Source: Octopus vulgaris (lineage: Eukaryota). From it: a stretch of 64,000 bases of DNA. Below the pieces are notes generated by a model. It searched no databases, was not told the DNA's origin, and worked only from the letters and a program-made list of their open reading frames with translations. Below are positions 26,605 through 39,908 of this stretch, in pieces; the stretch's first letter is position 1; the number at the start of each line of letters is the position of its first letter. The translations under genes were made by a program, and so were the position numbers. The stretch lies in assembly GCA_951406725.2 (NCBI GenBank), contig OX597823.1, forward strand, positions 77,562,001-77,626,000, read 5' to 3'.

Positions 26605-26998
26605 CAAGCAGTATCACCCAGCATTGCTCGGGTTTGTTTTGACCCTTTAGAATTGGAATTTTGAAAAGTAAAAATTTTGCATTATGTAGCTTGTTATTCT
26701 CTTTAAGTGTACATTTTTCTGGTTGAAATTCACTGAAAAATGGCGACACAGCAGTCAAAAAATCATAAGAAATAGGGATTTTCATAGAAAAAAAAAAGCA
26801 CCTTTTTGATGTAAATAATTTTTGGTGTTAACATAGTCAAATTTGAATTTTTTCTTCTACGGAAGGAAGAGCAAGCCTTCTTCTATCATACTCTCAATTT
26901 TGGTCAACTTGTGCTGCAGGGTCTCGGAGGAGTTAGTGTTAGTTGAAGGCTACCAAGCCTGCCATACACAGACAATTTCAGCTTTATATATATAGAGA
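26605..26998 (-). mobile_element. Non-autonomous Helitron (about 394 bp)
   Basis: Highly similar to 52165-52556; minus-strand 5' TCTCTATATATATAAAG; the 3' CTAG is mutated to CTTG. Confidence 0.9.
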
Positions 26999-28229
26999 TT
27001 TCTAAAAACATTTTTGTTAACAGGATAATTTATAATCTTCTTGGTGAACAATTTATAATCTTCTTGATCTGGTTATAAATAGTAAATGTATATATCTGAC
27101 AGACATGTGCACATATGCAAACATACACACATACATACACACTATGTATATCTAGTATGCATTATAGAAATTAGCACATCTACTTGACCCATAAATTATT
27201 TTGCTACCTGTCTCTATCCCCAGAAGGCTGAAAATCCAAATTAGCCGCAGTGTGATTTGACCTCAGAATGTAAAGTGCAATCAACAAAATACAGGAATTT
27301 TCTCAACACTAGAGCAATTCTCATTTCTTATTAGTTCAGCTTGAATTCTAAATAAATATCACATATGGGTCAGTCTATGGCTATTAGCAACAACACCACT
27401 GTACTTCACTGTTTGGAGTTCTGAACATAAATAATTTGACTTCTATTTCTAGCATAGAAACTGATGACACAGAGACTCCCCTCATTGGGTCTAGTATGTA
27501 ATGTGTGTGTCTATATTCATATATTCATATATATATATATGCATGTGTTTGTGTGTTTGATAGATTTACACTTTCTCAAATACTGTTTGATATCTTTTCT
27601 GTATTATTCTATGGTTCTGACAGTATTGTCAACGTGAGAAATCATTATTAATGTATTGTTGAAGAATAACCATTCTTACAAAGAAATGAAAATAAGATGA
27701 TGTCTATTGCACTTGATGCCAAAGAATATAATACAAAAGGTTTCATTATTTCCTACTCCTCAGTTAACCTATCTATCTTTCTAACTATCTATCTGTCTGT
27801 CTGTCTGGCTGGCTGGCTGGTTGCCTACCTACCTACCTGCCTACCTACGTACCTACTTACCTATCACTCTATCTATCTAGCTAACTATCTGTCAGTCTGT
27901 CTGTATGTCTGTCTGTTTGTGTGTGTGTGTGTGTATGTGTGTTAGTCTGTGTGGATATATATATATATATATATATATAATGTATGTATGTATGTGGGAG
28001 AATATATGTATGCATGAGAGATTATATACATGGGTATATGTGTGTGTGTGTGTTTCTGCTATGCTTGCATCTATCTATCTATCTATCTATCTATATCTAT
28101 CTATCAATTTACCTATCTACATATTTGCCTAACCATCTATCAATCTGTCATTTTACCTGTTTGTCTATCAATACATCCATCCATCCATTCACAGATATTC
28201 ATCCGTCTATGAAGGCAATTCAATGCATT

Positions 28230-28610
28230 TTAAAGGAATCATTATATCTCTCACTTATTACAGAGGTAGTCTGCAAAATTGTCTCATACAAATAATCACC
28301 TATTCTCACCTGTCCTTCCTGATTGTACAGCATACGCATAGTTCAATGTTGCTGCTGTTTTGTCCATGCTTCATCTTCACTCAGTTATTCTGTCACATCC
28401 TCTAATTATCTCAATTACTTTATCTGTCCATTTTTCTGCCAACAAGATGCCAACCCAATGTTGTTCCCAACTCAGAAGGTTTAATACCTGTGTTTATTAT
28501 TATCTAAAAAGAGACTAGCAGAGGCTCCCATGTCATTTTTCCACAGCATACATCTTCTTCTATTGTATTCCATCGTCCCTGCTAACCTGTAGTTTTCTTA
28601 CCTGACAGGA
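28230..28610 (-). pseudogene. RTE-clade APE endonuclease remnant
   Basis: Minus strand, with stops and frameshifts: ..WGASA..RY..VGILLAEKWTDKVIEIIRGCDRI..YAYAVQSG..LYETILQTTS; matches the GVGILL, DRI and AYAPQ motifs of LINE APE domains. Confidence 0.75.
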
Positions 28611-28691
28611 TAAGAGGATCTTCTTGTGCTGGGTGGGTTGCATGATACATATGAAAGGAAGAAAACTGATGACCAAAGGGCGAATCTACCA

Positions 28692-29014
28692 GGTATCCTC
28701 CTCTATGGTTGTGAAACATGGCCTATGAGGGTAGTCGATCAGCGAAGGCTGGAGGTGTTCGACAATGACTGTCTCCACCGCTTTATTCGCTGGCGACGCA
28801 TTGATCAGGTTCCTACAGCCGGTCTTCGTCATCGCCTGAATCTCCGACCCCTCCCTTTGATGCTTCTGCAACAGCACTTAAGGTGGTTCAGTCATGCGGG
28901 CCGGCATCCAGAGGGTGAGCTGATTCGCAATGTCCTCCTCCCACCTCCACTTCCCAACTGGCACAACGCACGGGCGAACAGCTGAAAACCTGGGCAATGA
29001 TGATAAAGGAGGAC
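28692..29014 (+). pseudogene. RTE-clade reverse-transcriptase C-terminal fragment
   Basis: ILLYGCETWPMRVVDQRRLEVFDNDCLHRF...LRWFSHAGRHPEGELIRNVLLPPPLPNW, then after a frameshift RTGEQLKTWAMMIKED. Shows the RTE LLYG.ETW and LRW.GH motifs; no upstream RT core. Confidence 0.9.
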
Positions 29015-29172
29015 CACACAGCCATTGTGGTAGTTTTTATTAAGAGTTGTTGCTCTCTTAATTAGGTTGTTCTGATTGTGTTTTACAGAGTCCACATCTA
29101 CCCTGTATTGAAATTTATTCACTGTGACTGTTCTCTTTATTGATGTAGGGTCCTTATCTTCAGTGGAATACC

Positions 29173-29404
29173 TATTTCTTTACTACCCACAAGGGGCTAA
29201 ACACAGAGAGGACGAACAAGGACAGACAAACGGATTAAGTTGATTATATCGACCCCAGTGCATAACTGGTACTTATTTAATCGATCACGAAAGGATGAAA
29301 GGCAAAGTCAACCTCGGTGGAATTTGAACTCAGAACATAGCGGCAGACAAAATACCGCTAAGTACTTCGTCCAGCATGCTAACGTTTCTGCCAGCTCACC
29401 GCCT
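29173..29404 (-). mobile_element. Full-length SINE family A
   Basis: Reverse complement of the 14694 copy; possible TSD GAATACC at 29166-29172 and 29409-29415. Confidence 0.92.
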
Positions 29405-29625
29405 TATAGAATACCAGTGAGTGGGATAGGTAGGATAAGGGTGGTTGGACGTGATTGTTATGGTATGATGTAAAGACAGGAAGATGGGGTTCTCATACTA
29501 CTTACTGAACATATATGATTGTCAAGAAGAGTACAACAGTTAAGACTTACGAGTAAACCTCAGAGAGATAGCGAACATGATATGGAAGGGGAAAAATGGA
29601 AATGGCTTACAGGAGATACAGCTGT

Positions 29626-29694
<69 letters not shown>

Positions 29695-30326
29695 TGGTTT
29701 GCAGACAATAAGAAATACTAATGAATATATAACTAATAATGACAATAGGACAATAATCAGAAGGTGTCTTTTATTGTGACCATATTGAAATATCTCACAT
29801 AAAACATAGCAGTAAATCTCTTTATACGGAAACTAATAAAGGGAAGTGAAATGATGGGAGATGAAGTGAAAGAGATACAGTGATAAAGAAAGAGAGAAAG
29901 AGATATGATAATTTATTCATTTAGCTTAACGATATGTCACTTTCATGAGTTGCAGAACTGAATAAGGTTGATTGCCTGAATAAATGGATCTTCAGTTGAA
30001 GGCCCCCACCGAAGGAAATTGTGAGAGAGAGAAATGATAGATGTGTTATGTTCAAAACTGATGACAAGTAACTATGTTTTATCTTTTGCTTGCTTCAGTC
30101 ATTGGAATGTGGCCATGCTGGGGTACCACCTCGTAGTGTTTTAGTCGAACAGATTGATCTCAGTATTTATTTTACAGTCTTGATACTCGTTCTTTCGGTC
30201 ACATTTAGTGAATTGCAAATTCATGGGGAGGTAAATAAACCAACACTGGGTGATGGTGGGCAAACACAAACAGAAAGACACTCTCTCTCTCTCTCTCACA
30301 CCCACCCACACACACAAACACATATA

Positions 30327-30779
30327 GTGTTGGCCCTTCAAGATCAGTTCATGAATTTTAGTGATTTCTGCTTTTGTTCAGGTGCTCAACAATCGCCCTG
30401 AACGAGGTTGCTCTTCAAGCAACAAGTAACCATTCCTAAAGCATGAAAACCACTTGTAAACTTGTGTTTTGCTCATGGCAGCATCCTTGTAAGCTGTTAG
30501 AAGCATGACAACTATTTCAGCAGCCATTTTCTCCAGCAGAAAACAGAATTTCATGGAAGCATACTGTTCCTTCATTTCAGCCATTGCAAAAATCAATGAA
30601 CAGGAGAAGCACTGAAAAACAAAGATGTACCATGTGGCAACACAACCTCCCTATCCACCACCAATCAGCAGACTGACGCTTCAGGGTCACATTAAGTGGT
30701 TTCTAACAGTGGACGCCTGACCTACAATGGGCTTGTCCCACAGAGAACGTTTCCAATTTTTTTTGGGTACTCCCTCATA
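30327..30779 (-). pseudogene. Mariner element 5' end: TIR plus transposase N-terminal HTH fragment
   Basis: Minus strand TA-TGAGGGAGTACCCAAAAA terminus; ORF from 30584 MAEMKEQYASMKFCFLLEK.AAE...AYKDAAMSKTQVYKWFSCFRNG...EEQPRSGR (mariner WF..F..G...RSGRP motif), then a premature stop. Confidence 0.9.
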
Positions 30780-30912
30780 TATCTATTTAATTTTATATAT
30801 ATATATTTAAATTTAAAATAATAAGGACGAAAAATTGAATATTAATTTGATAAATATATCAATTTAAAACCAGTGGTATAGCATACAGAAAAATCTAAAG
30901 ATCCAGAAAAAT

Positions 30913-31170
30913 TATATTACATATATATAAGTGGGATTGCCACTAAGTGGACATCCATTATGCTAGAAGTCGATCCCCTATGGTCTTACCACTAAGAAAG
31001 GAATGTTCTCAAGAAAATTTAGCAAACACCAGTACGTAAGCGAGCAAGACAAATGAAAAGATACAAAATATACAAAACATTCCTTTCTTAGTGGCAAAAC
31101 CATAGGGGGTCGACTTCTAGCATAATAGATGTCCACTTAGTGGTCATCCCTCTTATATGTATGTAATATA
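30913..31170. repeat. Fold-back element, about 92 bp arms and 70 bp loop
   Basis: CCACTAAGTGGACATCCATTATGCTAGAAGTCGA.CCCCTATGG..CCACTAAGAAAGGAATGTT versus AACATTCCTTTCTTAGTGG..CCATAGGGGGTCGACTTCTAGCATAATAGATGTCCACTTAGTGG. Confidence 0.92.
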
Positions 31171-31621
31171 TATATACATGCATATGTAAGCTTTGGTCAA
31201 CCCAAGGGCAATAGAAGAAGATAATTGCCTAAGGTGCTACACTGTGGAGCTAAACCTAAAGACACATGATTGCCAAGAGAGCTTCTTAACCACACTGCCA
31301 TGCCTGGATATGCTATGTTAAAATAAAGACTGAAATTGTCAGAAACTAGTGATGGGATCTGACAGTTGGTTATGCAATTTCATGCCAGCTGAGGGGAATA
31401 CAAAGTCTGTTGTCATGAAGATATATTGCATTTAATAGTTTGAGGAATAAGCAAATTTCTACAAATTTTAAAATTAATCTTGACATATTTTCTAAATATA
31501 CATCTGAAATAAACTCTCATATAACATAATTATTTAGCTTAGCTTTCATTTTGTAAGACTATATATATGTGTACATGTAAACATATATGTGTATATGCAT
31601 GTGTTTGTGTCAGTGTATATA

Positions 31622-31653
<32 letters not shown>

Positions 31654-31758
31654 CTATACATATTTATATATATATATTTACATGTATGTATATGTGTGTG
31701 TGCATATATATACACATTTAAATGTATATGTATATATGTGTGTGCCTATATATATGCA

Positions 31759-31802
<44 letters not shown>

Positions 31803-31849
31803 CACATTTATCTGTATATACATGTGTCTGTGTTTGTATATATATATAT

Positions 31850-31892
31850 ATATGAATTTATATGTATAAATATGTGTGTACAGACACTCGCC

Positions 31893-31958
<66 letters not shown>

Positions 31959-31994
31959 TTTATATGTATAAATATGTGTGTACAGACACTCGCC

Positions 31995-32038
<44 letters not shown>

Positions 32039-32164
32039 TTTATATGTATAAATATGTGTGTAGACACTTACCTACATATAAATATATATATATAAATAAA
32101 TATATATATATATATGAATTTATATGTATAAATATGTGTGTACAGACACTCACCTACATATAAC

Positions 32165-32200
<36 letters not shown>
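31850..32200. repeat. Minisatellite: four copies of an about 47 bp unit separated by variable (TA)n
   Basis: TATGAATTTATATGTATAAATATGTGTGTACAGACACTCGCCTACATA occurs four times. Confidence 0.92.
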
Positions 32201-32205
<5 letters not shown>

Positions 32206-32587
32206 TGTCTTGCACAGACATGCAGTGTTCTAAATTATCAGTTTCTATTTAATATAGGCAACGATAAATGCTGTGCTCATACTTTATTATAGAGCATAGT
32301 AAATATGATAGTTAATAACTTAAGTTGTTCAATTAGTGAGGATTGTTCATAGCGAAAGAGAAAAAGCAGGGGAAGGAAAAAACCTGGACACATGTAATGT
32401 AGATAAGTGGATGACTTTTAGAATATCTGTCTTCATGACACACATATACAAGACATGGAAAGACAATCATACACAGATATACATATAAACACACAGTTAT
32501 ATATATATATATGTATATACATACATATATGCACGTACATACACACAAATATATATACACACTCACATAACATATATGATATGAATG

Positions 32588-33343
32588 TATGTTTTGGGGT
32601 CTTGTATATGCAGGTTGTGGTGCATTTGTAAGCTGATTGTGCAGTGCTGAAAAGTTTGCAGCATTAAACTGCATGTTGCTTTGTGCATCCTACTTGTGTA
32701 TTGCATTTAGGTTCCACTTGAAGCTTGTGACATCAGGTTTCTTTATCACCTGTGATATAATTTTGTATCATCAGTGTAACTAGTGACAGTCGCTGTTTGA
32801 GTGACCATGTGCATATGTAAGGGAGCTACTAAAAGCAGCAGTAATGGGTCCAGGACCCTTCCTTGGAGGACTTAACTCAGAATTTGTATTTCCCTAGAGA
32901 GGGCAATATTGGCTGAAACTGCCTCACTTCTATCTTCTAAGAAGTTATGTAGCCAGTGCCCTTGCTTACCAGCTATATTCACATTTCACAGCTTTTTTCA
33001 TATCTTGCTATGATGCCCTCATGCCCAAGGTCTTTGCAATGTCAAGATATACCCCATGAATATTTGAATGGCTAAGCAGCTGCTTCAAAACCCAGTAGTA
33101 GAGTTATATTCCATGTGGAAACCATACTGGGTATTGTTAAGTAAGTCATTTTCTTCTAGGAGCATTATCAGTTTCCATCAGGCAAATAGTTCCATTGATT
33201 TTACTGATATGTGAAGTTGGACAGATGGGCCTGTAGTTTTTAGTCACTGCTCTAACAAAGTATATGATGAATTCTTTTAGCTTTTAAGGTATTCACTACT
33301 TGCAAGGAAACTCTGGGAAAGTATCTGAAGTGGTTTTGCTAAA
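32588..33343 (-). pseudogene. CR1/L2-clade reverse-transcriptase remnant
   Basis: Minus-strand motifs in correct order: LAKPLQIL, KNYRPICPTSHISK, TQYGF, VYLDIAK, WLHNFLEDR, VLQGRVLDPLL, SYTDDTKL (YTDD at 32767-32778), NNMQFNAA; multiple stops and frameshifts. Confidence 0.9.
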
Positions 33344-33372
33344 GCCTACATACATACATACATAAATATGTA

Positions 33373-33422
<50 letters not shown>

Positions 33423-34729
33423 TTCATACATACATATATATGCACACATAGCTACAAACACACATATGCACACACCGAAATGTGTATATATATATATACA
33501 TACATATATATATATATATAAATGTATGTTTATGTATGTGTTTGTAAGTATGTATATGTGTATATATATATCTATATATATATATAAAGTCTGTGCACAC
33601 TTGTTCATGTATGTATGCATGTACATATTCAGATGCATACATACATACACACAGACATTCATTGCAAACAGGAATTTATATGAAACACATGAAGCATATG
33701 AAGCATAGACAAAAATATGGAAATATTCGTACATTATATTCTGAACCACATCAGCATATATTGATCAAAAATAATAACAATTATTAGAAAAAGAAGGCAG
33801 AATGTGCAAGTGAAGAATTTTGCAGAGTAATTCTAGACTAGTTCCAGGAAGATACGTTTCTTATATTCCTAATATATTTCGCTCATAATCAATTAAATCA
33901 TTGTAATATCCTCTCCTCCCACCATCACCACCACCACCATATACCATCATCTCTTTGTTCTCTCACTACTACTACTACTATTACTACTACTACTCCGTTC
34001 TTCCCCACTTTCCACTTTTTGTCTGTCTGTATTTGTCATCAGAACGTAATTATTACATCTGGTTGCTTGCTTTGTCTATTGGCTTATTTATTTTTATACA
34101 TATAATTGGTTGTATTTTGTTTTTAATTTTGGTTTTAGTTTTACATTCAAATTTTCCAGATTAATTAATTTATCATTAAGGTAGGATTGTTCAAAGAATT
34201 CGCTTACACATACAAATGGTTTCTTACAAAGACAACATTTCTAGAATTTGCGAGCGAGTGCAGAGCGGAACTGTCAATTATATTGATTCCACTATTTCAC
34301 TAGTACTTTCTTTGATCAACCACAGAAAAAAAATAAATAAATAAATAAATAAAAATAAAGACATCCTGAGCAAGGTTTGAACTCAAAATATAAACAGCAG
34401 TACCTAAATACTGCAAAGCATTTTGTCTGACTCTCAAATAATTCTACCAATCCCATACGCCTAATATGAGATGTGTGTATTATTTGTGTGTATTTAAATA
34501 TATGTATATCCTTTAAGTTTGTTTATGGGAAACGTTTGTAAATGCAATCATAAAAAGCTCCTATGCTATTTATTCTGTCTACCACTCATTATTCCTCTCT
34601 TTCAAAGAAATTTCATGGAATGGTAATTAGTCTGGTGCTGCTATAGTGTAGAATGAATGTAGTAATAATGAGAACTTTTGGATGGAAATTCATAAATCCT
34701 TTAATGTATTACTATGTACATTTCCACAT

Positions 34730-35145
34730 GGTGCAGGAGTGGCAGTGTGGTAAGTAGCTTGCTTACCAACCGGGTTCCGGGTTCATTCCCACTGCATGGC
34801 ACCTTGGGCAAGTGTCTTCTACTATAGCCTCGGGCCAACCAAAGCCTTGTGAGTGGATTTGATAGGTGGAAACTGAAAGAAACCCATCGTATATATGTAT
34901 ATATATATGTATGTATGTATGTGTGTGTGTGTATATATGTTTGTGTGTCTGTGTTTGTCCCCACAACATTGCTTGACAACCAATGCTGGTGTGTTTACGT
35001 CCCCGTAACTTAGCAGTTTGGCAAAAGAGACCGATAGAATAAGTACAAGGCTTTCAAAGAATAAGTCCTGGGATTGATTTGCTCGACTAAAGACGGTGCT
35101 CTAGCATGGCCAGTCAAATGACTGAAACAAGTAACAGAGTAAAAG
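34730..35145 (+). mobile_element. Full-length SINE family B
   Basis: Same family as 18433-18847; lies in the loop of the 34660-35223 fold-back. Confidence 0.92.
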
Positions 35146-36221
35146 TATATTATTTGTGGAAACATATGTAGCAATGCGTTAAAGGATTTATGAATTTCCA
35201 TCCAAAATTTCTTGTTATTACTAAATATATACATATGTGTGTGGGTGAAGGCACATGGTCTGGTGGTTAGACATTTGCATTCAGGATCACTAGACAGTGT
35301 GTTTGACACCAAATAATAGATGTTTAAGTGAAGTTAAAAGTTTTTCTCTGATATGTTTTTGCTAATCTGTCTTCAATGCTAAAATTGTTATATGTCTATA
35401 TGAGTATGTGCTTGTATGAAGGCTTGTGGCTAGGATATTACAGTTGTGGCTAGGATATTACAGTTATGATGACAATATCATGGTTTCAATTCCTAGACTA
35501 CCTGTGCCAATAATGTTGAGGTGGGGGAGTCAATCAATTATATCAACTCCAATACTCAAATGCTATTTATTTATTTTATTGATCACAAAAAGATGAAAGT
35601 CAAAGTCAACCTCAACAGCATTTAAACAGAAAATGTAAGAACATACATTAAGCATTTTGCCCAGTGTGCTAACGATTCTAACAGCAACAACTTTTATTAT
35701 TATTGTTGTTGTTGAGTTACAGAGCAGTGCATACCATCGAAGTGACACTGAAGTGCAAATATATGAAGCCCAATACATCCATCATGGCTACGTGTCTGAT
35801 AAGAGTATAACAGGTACATGCATCACAATCATAAGTGTGTAACATAGTGATCTCATATCAAGATAAGTAATGATGACCTTGTAGGAGGTGCCCAGTTAGA
35901 ATTTTCTTCAGATTGAGTAGCCCATCCACCTCAAAAGGTCCCTGAATAAGGTTTGTTTAAGGGTGATAAAAAAAACACCCATGTTTCCTGAGGTGAATTA
36001 TCCAAACCCCAAAGAATTCCTTTCAACACATGGCTATGATGCACCCCCACTACTTCTGCTTGGGGTCAGAGATGCATGTATTGTCAGCCACTAAGGGACA
36101 TGCTCAGCTGGTTATGGTCAAACAACTGACTAGCAAATCTGTGGTATTGAGCAAAATATTTGCTGTAGTCCATATTTTATTCCAAGACATATCATTATTA
36201 TTATTATTATTATCATTATCA

Positions 36222-36273
<52 letters not shown>

Positions 36274-36314
36274 CATTATTTGCAACAGAAAATACTATTA
36301 ATACCAAAGGATAA

Positions 36315-36408
36315 TATTTATCTTCACTTAAAAGTGGATATGTCTTAGAACACAAATCGCAATATTTTGTGTTCCAACATAACATCCACTTTTAAGTGGA
36401 GATGAATA
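36315..36408. repeat. Hairpin (about 42 bp arms) between (TTA)n and (TAA)n
   Basis: TATTTATCTTCACTTAAAAGTGGAT..GAACACAAA versus TTTGTGTTC..ATCCACTTTTAAGTGGAGATGAATA. Confidence 0.88.
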
Positions 36409-36450
36409 ATAGTAATAATAATAATAATGATGATAGTAATAATAGCAATG

Positions 36451-36516
<66 letters not shown>

Positions 36517-36997
36517 TTGTCGATGTGAGAACTGTTTCTGCTCGTGTATTTTAATTTAACTTGAAAAAAAAAAAAAAAAATGAACGAACTACTGAGTTTG
36601 GTTTAATGGCCTACCAATGTATACTATGAGTTTCTTTGCCCTAGGAGTCGGGAAGACACTCGGCAAGAAATGGAAGCAAATTTGAAAGAAGAAAAAAAAA
36701 AGTAATAATAATAATAATAATAATAGCCTAATGTCATGTATAAAGATAACTTTTTCAGCCTAGCATGAATATTGTGCCATTTTTGGTCCGATTTCTATCA
36801 CTGAACTGATTTCTGATTATTTCGGTGAGTCTCTTGGATAAAAAAAGAAATGCTTAACAGTTATAGAGATTTTCATTGCCAACTCAATTATATAATTTAT
36901 ATAACTTTGCTAAAACTAGAAAAAAATTCAAGGAAAAACTAATTCCATTGTTTTCACTTATAGAATGAGGATGGTGATCATGATCATGGTCATCATC

Positions 36998-37402
<405 letters not shown>

Positions 37403-38393
37403 GTGAGGTAGAAAATGATAAAATGAGATTCTATACATTCTTTATGATGATTGTGATGACGATGACGACGACAACCATGACGCTGATTTATGGTGATATT
37501 TGTTGAATGATGATTGTTTAGTTATGAGAATAAGGACAGTAACTTTTCAATAATGATAAGGTGATTTTTCAATCCTGATTATGGTAGAAATAGTGGTGGT
37601 GGTGGCGGTAGCGGTGGTGGCGGCAGCGGTGGTGGCAGCAGAGGTGGTGGTAGTGTTAGTAGTGGTGGTGGGGTTCATCTTCATTGATATCAACTTGTTA
37701 ATAGTCATGGCTATGGCTGAAAATACTAAAATAAGTAATAAGCAAAAAAAAAAAAAAAAAAAATTAAAACAGAAATACAAAAATATCTAAAAATAAATAC
37801 AATTTATATTTAGTGTCTTTTTTTTTTAATTTAATAATTCATTTATATTATTTTTATTCTCTCTCCTTTCTTACATTTTATCAACTTCTTTCAATTATTT
37901 CCTTCCTTGCAGCCCTTAATCTCTTAAAGATTTTTTAAAACATTTTCGTGTCAGTAAATCATTCCTTATTTTGACCAACAGTTATGGAGCTATTTTATCA
38001 ATTTTGCAATTTCTTTACACATTTATTGAAGATGTCTCTTTTTTTCCCCACTTTCTTTCTTTATATATTTTTGCTGTTGCCTTCCTCTTCTAAATGAAAC
38101 ATCATTCAAGACATCCTTATAAGTTAATCAATACAGATATTATCATTAAAAATATAGGAAGATAAAAAAAAAAGTGCAAGAGGTTTGTGGGAGGGGAAGA
38201 TGCTATTTGGAGTTGAGAAAGAGTTGCTGTCAGTCTCTGCAACATGCTAAAAATGATAGATATTGCTCGGGTACAAACTGCTATGTTATAAATGGAAATA
38301 TTGACAAGCCTGTCAAAACACAGACAAACTTACATGTACATATTGCACTTAAATAGACAAGCACACAATCATACATATTTTAATGAAAGCATT

Positions 38394-38430
<37 letters not shown>

Positions 38431-38609
38431 TACACACAGGTAAACATATATAATCACAGATATAAACATATATAATCAGTGTGAAAAATTGATAATTATG
38501 GACAACAGGTTCAAAACACAAACCTTCACTACCAAAATTCACAAATTTACATTTCTATCTGTATTCATTGGAGTATTTAGTTAATGTTGCTAAGTGTTTA
38601 AATTGATAA

Positions 38610-39118
38610 CTAGAACTATGACCCAACGTTGCCAGGTCTAGTGCTAGTGCTTGTTGTTCATTACCGGGTCACAGTAAACATTTCTCACTAAATCAAGAGC
38701 TAAGTTTCTCATCACATTTCAGCCCAGGCCAGTTTTGTTGTCTATGAGCTAGTTGGAGCTTTTTATGAGAGTAATTAATAATCATTGGACTTTAGTTTTC
38801 ATGCCTGGAATGGCATAATCATGGAAAATTAGCGGGTCTGTGCACATGACATTAGTTGGACAAAAAAGGAGGCAAAAGAAAGCGAAAAACTCGATTTTGG
38901 TCGCAAAATAACTTATGGGCATAAGGGGTCAGTTTATCGATTTTTTTAAATGGTTTTCTTGGGTGACTAGGGAAATGAAGAGATCTTCATGACCACCCTC
39001 AGACAGTTTTGATAACCCATAGAAAATGCAAGCCTTTTACGTGAAAAACTGTGGATTTGTATAAAGGACACACAGACACACAGATTCACAGACATTTTGC
39101 CATTTATAGATATAGAGA
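38610..39118 (-). mobile_element. Second non-autonomous Helitron family
   Basis: Minus strand 5' A|TCTCTATATCTATAAATGGCAAAATGTCTG ... GACCTGGCAACGTTGGGTC hairpin, ATAGTTCTAG|T 3'; same terminal architecture as 52165-52556 but a different body. Confidence 0.8.
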
Positions 39119-39452
39119 TATGAAAAGGTTGGGGCTTTTCAGGCAAAGAAAACTATCATTCATGTGAAGATCCTTAGTGGTCAGTTTGTACAAGGGAAAT
39201 AATCATCTCATCATAATATTTGATGGGATTAGATGTTTGAATTTGAAACTAAGGTACAAGCAAGATGAAGCATAAATTCAGTTAGTAAGAAGAGCAGTGT
39301 AGATATGTATCACTTTTCCAAAATTCAGCGTGTAATATTTTACTGGCAAGGATATCAAGTTTCACAAATTAAACTTTTCTTTGCTAGAAAACAGTTTTAA
39401 GGAAAATTTGGATGCTTAAACAAGGGATAATATATAAATATGTATATATGTA

Positions 39453-39495
<43 letters not shown>

Positions 39496-39868
39496 GTATT
39501 TGCTAGTAGGCTGTGAATTATGTGTGGTTGATAATGTTTATTACACTAGAACTGCTTCTTACAACTAGTGGGGTAAGAAACTTGCTTCCCAATTACATGG
39601 GTCTGGGTTCAATCCCACTGCATGGCATCTTCTATTATAGCCTCGGGCCTTGTGCATGGATTTAGGAGACAGAAACTGAAAGAAGCCAGATTGTAAGTCT
39701 GTGTACGTGTGTGTGTGTGTGTGTCCTGTTAAAGTCCTTAGATAAGGTTAAGGAATTTTTGTTCCAACTTTCTGCAATCCAGGTTCAACTCCAAATAAGA
39801 TCAACTTTGGTTTTCATCCTTTCAAGATCAATAAAATGCTTTCTCATGTGCTGATGCAAGTGTATGCA

Positions 39869-39908
<40 letters not shown>

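Noticed and set aside
31850-32200. CRISPR-like repeat-spacer appearance
   Set aside because: The spacers are simply (TA)n, there are no cas genes, and the context is eukaryotic.
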